This document shows, piece by piece, positions 16,959-20,000 of a stretch of DNA of 20,000 bases (positions within the stretch are counted from its first letter, which is position 1; each line of letters starts with the position of its first letter). The stretch lies in the IMG/VR virus record IMGVR_UViG_3300027901_000780. One strand, written 5' to 3'. Both the position numbers and the translations under genes were made by a program. A model generated the notes under the pieces. That model did no database searches. It saw only the letters and a program-made list of their open reading frames with translations, and was not told where the DNA came from. This stretch comes from an uncultured virus (IMG/VR IMGVR_UViG_3300027901_000780) (taxonomy: Duplodnaviria > Heunggongvirae > Uroviricota > Caudoviricetes).

Positions 16959-17570
16959 ATTCCGTTTATGACACAAGAACAATTTGAAGAAAAAGAAGAA
17001 ATAATTAAAGAAGAAAAAAAGAAATATACTATGTATAAAGGAGATGAATATTATAAATTAGCAATATATTCAAAAGCATGTGAAAAGTGTGGAACAGTAG
17101 TAAAAACTAATAATGCCTATGTAATAGTATGGGATTTAAGTAAGGATAATTATTGTAGTTGTTTTGTATGTAAAGGATGTTCTATTAGTGCAGAAAAAGA
17201 AATAGAAAATAGTATAAATGTAGGAAGAATAAAAAAGGTAGATATGGAATTTTTGAAATATTGTCAAATACAAAGTAAAAAAGTAATAAGTAGAGAAAAG
17301 ACAGATGATTTAAAGAAATTAATAATTGGAATACAAGATATAGTAGTTTCATTTTCAGATGAAATAATAGTAGAAATAAAACAATTTAATGAAAGTTTAT
17401 TAAGTACAATTATTAGATTAGCAGAAAAAGAACCAAGTTTTTATCAAGAAATAAAAGATGAAATAATAAATAATAATAAAAATTTATTAGATTATATGGG
17501 AAAATTAACTAATAATTTTGATAATATAATACAAAATACTACATTAATGTTAAAATTAATTCAGAGTTGA
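16959..17570 (+). CDS. Zn-finger plus helical protein; probable ATT start giving MPF N-terminus (otherwise ATG 16968)
   Basis: CEKC...CxCxxCxxC. GGGGTGA-TAAT-ATT-CCG-TTT-ATG is in frame. Confidence 0.7.
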   Translation: MPFMTQEQFEEKEEIIKEEKKKYTMYKGDEYYKLAIYSKACEKCGTVVKTNNAYVIVWDLSKDNYCSCFVCKGCSISAEKEIENSINVGRIKKVDMEFLKYCQIQSKKVISREKTDDLKKLIIGIQDIVVSFSDEIIVEIKQFNESLLSTIIRLAEKEPSFYQEIKDEIINNNKNLLDYMGKLTNNFDNIIQNTTLMLKLIQS

Positions 17571-17576
17571 ATATAA

Positions 17577-20000
17577 ATGAATATCTTTTTAATAAAGAAA
17601 TATAAAGAAGGTGAAAAACCAAGATATAAGATGAATCCATATCTATTATTAGATGTATATTATCCTTCACAAAATGAATTTAATGAATTAAAGAAAAATA
17701 AAATAATTATAAAAGAAAATGGGTATAGATTTAATTCAAATATTGAAATAGAAATGTTTGAGAGATTACTTAATTTATTTAGATATAATAGAGAAATAAA
17801 TTTTAATATTATAAAAGAAAGTAAAACAAATATACCATTTGCAAATTTTATACCAATTTTAGTAGAAATAAATAAGGAAAAGGAAGAAATTGAAAAATGG
17901 AAAAATAAAGATATACTTGATAAGGCAAAACAAGGAATAATGTTAGTACCCAATTGGAAAGGTAGAGTAGAAGAATGGATGGCAAGAACAAAGGATAAGG
18001 AACAAATACCATATTTTGATAGTTTAACATTAATGAAATTGGTATTAAGGTGGCAAGATTCATTTGATAAAAATATTGATAGATATTTAGAATTTATAAA
18101 AAGAGAATTAAGTTATAATAATGTTCAATTATTTAATTTTCAAATACCAATTATTAAGGCAGAATTAATTCCAAAAGCAATTGAAGGAGTAGCAGAATTA
18201 AATAAAGTAAAAGTAAAAAGGCAACATGGTTTATGTCATTTAATACCAAGACGACCATTTTCAAATGATGAAGAATATCATATAAAGAGAACATTAACAA
18301 TTGAATATTATGAAGATGATAGTTATGGTGGTTTAAATACAATAAGTCATAGAGCATATAGATTGTGTAAAATACATAAACATTGTTTAACATTTAGTAT
18401 ATCATTATTAAATGATTTAATAGAAATAATACAAAAGAAATGCAAATATTTAGAATTAGTTATAGATTTAGAAGAAAAAGATGATTTAAATATTCCAATG
18501 AACATAGTATATAATTTAAAAACATTTCAAATGATAGCAACAGCAAATTGGTTTATAGGAAAAAGTATTGATACTATAAATAATGAATTAAGAAAATATA
18601 AACATTTAAAGGAAGATGAAAGATTAGAATTAATAAAATTAAAACAAATGCATGGAGAGATAATGAATTTATTAAAACAATTAAAGAATATTCCACATAG
18701 AGATGCAGTACAAATATTAAAAGATATATTTATTAAATATGATTATTCATTAGGTAGAAGGGGAACATTAGCAATATTTACGAGAGGAGGAAAATCATTT
18801 ATTGCTTATGCAATAGCATATTTAATGAATAAACCAACATTATATATTGTAAGAACAGAAGAATTATTAAAACAATTTTTTAAGGAAATTCATCAAAAAA
18901 TAGGAGTACCACAAAGAGATATAGGAATATATTATGGAAAGAGAAAGAGATTAACAAATTTTACTGTTGGTATATATAATACATTTGTAAATGTTCTTGA
19001 TTCAGATAAATATGATAATTTAGAACAAATGAAGGCAGAAATAGAGAAATTTATGTTATTATATATGCTCGGAAAAAAGGAATGGAAATTACCAGAAATA
19101 AAAATAGAGGTAATCGATCCAAGATCAAGAAATAAAAGAGGTAGAAAACCAAAAGTAGAACTTTTATTAAAAAATGGAGAGGTTAAATCATATTTTGATA
19201 TGATGTATGATGAAGAAATGGATGATATAATAAATCAAATGAAAATAAATAAAAAAGGATTAACAAAAAATAAATTAATAAAGAAATTTATTAGTTGGAA
19301 ATTAAATGAATTATATAAAGGTATAAATGAAGAATTAGAATTAGTAGAAGAAATAAGGAGTAAATTTGAATTACTTATTATAGATGAATGTCATCATTTA
19401 CCAGCACCAACATTTAAGACAGTAGCAGTAGAAAGTGATGCATTATATAGACTTGGATTATCAGCAACACCAAAAAGAGAAGATAGAAATGAAGTGTTAT
19501 TATTTACAACAGTAGGTAAGTTATTATATTCAGGAACACATAGAGATTTATTAGTAAGTAGATTGAATTGCCCTGTGGTATATAATAAAGTAAGATTACC
19601 ATTATCACAAGAGGAAGGACAAATATTTATAAGTGGAAATTATGAAAGTGAAGAAAATGAATTTAATTGGTATTGGAATGAAATATCTCTTTATGAACAT
19701 AATTTGGCTATGAAAGATAGAGGAGAGGCGATGCGACATTTTATAAGGGCACAAATGATAGCATATACAAGTAGGAGTAAAGATGATGAAATACTAAAAA
19801 TAATAGAAAGACATAGAGGTCAAACTGCTATAATATTTACTATGTATCAAGAACATGCAAGAAGAATAGTTGGTAAATTACAAAAAGAGGAACATAAAGT
19901 ATATGAAATGTTAAGTGGAACAAGTAGTACAATAAGACAAATAGTATTTCCAGCATGGAAAAGAGGATTATTACATATAATAGTAACAGCAAAGGTATTA
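17577..20000 (+). CDS. SF2 DExH helicase, XPB/Ssl2-like (3'-partial), absent from the ORF track
   Basis: Manually translated open frame to the window end: Q-motif LKTFQ (18516), Walker A TRGGKS (18780), IIDECHHLPA (DECH at 19383), LGLSATP (SAT at 19461), IIFT motif IV, and IVTAKVL at the edge. Confidence 0.9.
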   Translation, partial: MNIFLIKKYKEGEKPRYKMNPYLLLDVYYPSQNEFNELKKNKIIIKENGYRFNSNIEIEMFERLLNLFRYNREINFNIIKESKTNIPFANFIPILVEINKEKEEIEKWKNKDILDKAKQGIMLVPNWKGRVEEWMARTKDKEQIPYFDSLTLMKLVLRWQDSFDKNIDRYLEFIKRELSYNNVQLFNFQIPIIKAELIPKAIEGVAELNKVKVKRQHGLCHLIPRRPFSNDEEYHIKRTLTIEYYEDDSYGGLNTISHRAYRLCKIHKHCLTFSISLLNDLIEIIQKKCKYLELVIDLEEKDDLNIPMNIVYNLKTFQMIATANWFIGKSIDTINNELRKYKHLKEDERLELIKLKQMHGEIMNLLKQLKNIPHRDAVQILKDIFIKYDYSLGRRGTLAIFTRGGKSFIAYAIAYLMNKPTLYIVRTEELLKQFFKEIHQKIGVPQRDIGIYYGKRKRLTNFTVGIYNTFVNVLDSDKYDNLEQMKAEIEKFMLLYMLGKKEWKLPEIKIEVIDPRSRNKRGRKPKVELLLKNGEVKSYFDMMYDEEMDDIINQMKINKKGLTKNKLIKKFISWKLNELYKGINEELELVEEIRSKFELLIIDECHHLPAPTFKTVAVESDALYRLGLSATPKREDRNEVLLFTTVGKLLYSGTHRDLLVSRLNCPVVYNKVRLPLSQEEGQIFISGNYESEENEFNWYWNEISLYEHNLAMKDRGEAMRHFIRAQMIAYTSRSKDDEILKIIERHRGQTAIIFTMYQEHARRIVGKLQKEEHKVYEMLSGTSSTIRQIVFPAWKRGLLHIIVTAKVL

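Noticed and set aside
18252..18275. RPFSNDEE inside the helicase resembling MPFSNETDEE
   Set aside because: It is internal with no start codon or SD, so probably coincidental.
221..18393. All minus-strand ORFs in the track (e.g. 221-517, 5091-5387, 9592-9933, 15062-15403, 17660-17953, 18154-18393)
   Set aside because: They are shadow ORFs opposite well-supported + strand genes. Their Leu/Phe/Ile/Tyr-rich composition is the reverse complement of purine-rich coding DNA, and they lack SD motifs.
18555..19360. Inteins in the helicase insertions
   Set aside because: No N-terminal Cys/Ser block A, no His-Asn followed by Cys/Ser/Thr, and no LAGLIDADG motifs.
1..20000. Genome-wide stop-codon reassignment (TAG or TAA to Gln)
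   Set aside because: TAA, TAG and TGA all end well-defined genes at tight stop/start junctions, and long conserved genes (ThyA, helicase, rSAM) have no internal stops.

Overview
This is a very AT-rich window with a G-rich, C-poor + strand and about 35 tightly packed genes, all on the + strand. Archaeal-type Shine-Dalgarno motifs (GGTGA/GGAG), BRE-TATA-like promoters, an archaeal-type thymidylate synthase and dUTPase, and an XPB-like SF2 helicase, among many short Zn-finger or hypothetical ORFs, suggest an archaeal virus or other large extrachromosomal element (inference). No structural, tRNA or CRISPR features are visible. The most striking unexplained signal is that eight unrelated proteins begin with exactly Met-Pro-Phe followed by an acidic/Lys-rich tail. 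A ninth does so if an ATT start is used, and a tenth begins Met-Pro-Ile. Start codons (ATG/GTG/TTG/ATT) and Pro codons (CCA/CCT/CCG) differ, which points to a shared N-terminal peptide tag such as a targeting, packaging, docking or degron signal. Other observations: two apparent genes interrupted by in-frame stops that are each one C>T change from a Gln codon; three ~85-bp-spaced repeats that read as antisense BRE-TATA promoters; a 21-bp G:U-compensated hairpin; a ThyA-dUTPase-DUF2284-radical SAM cluster that may be a base-modification pathway; and a helicase with two large insertions.
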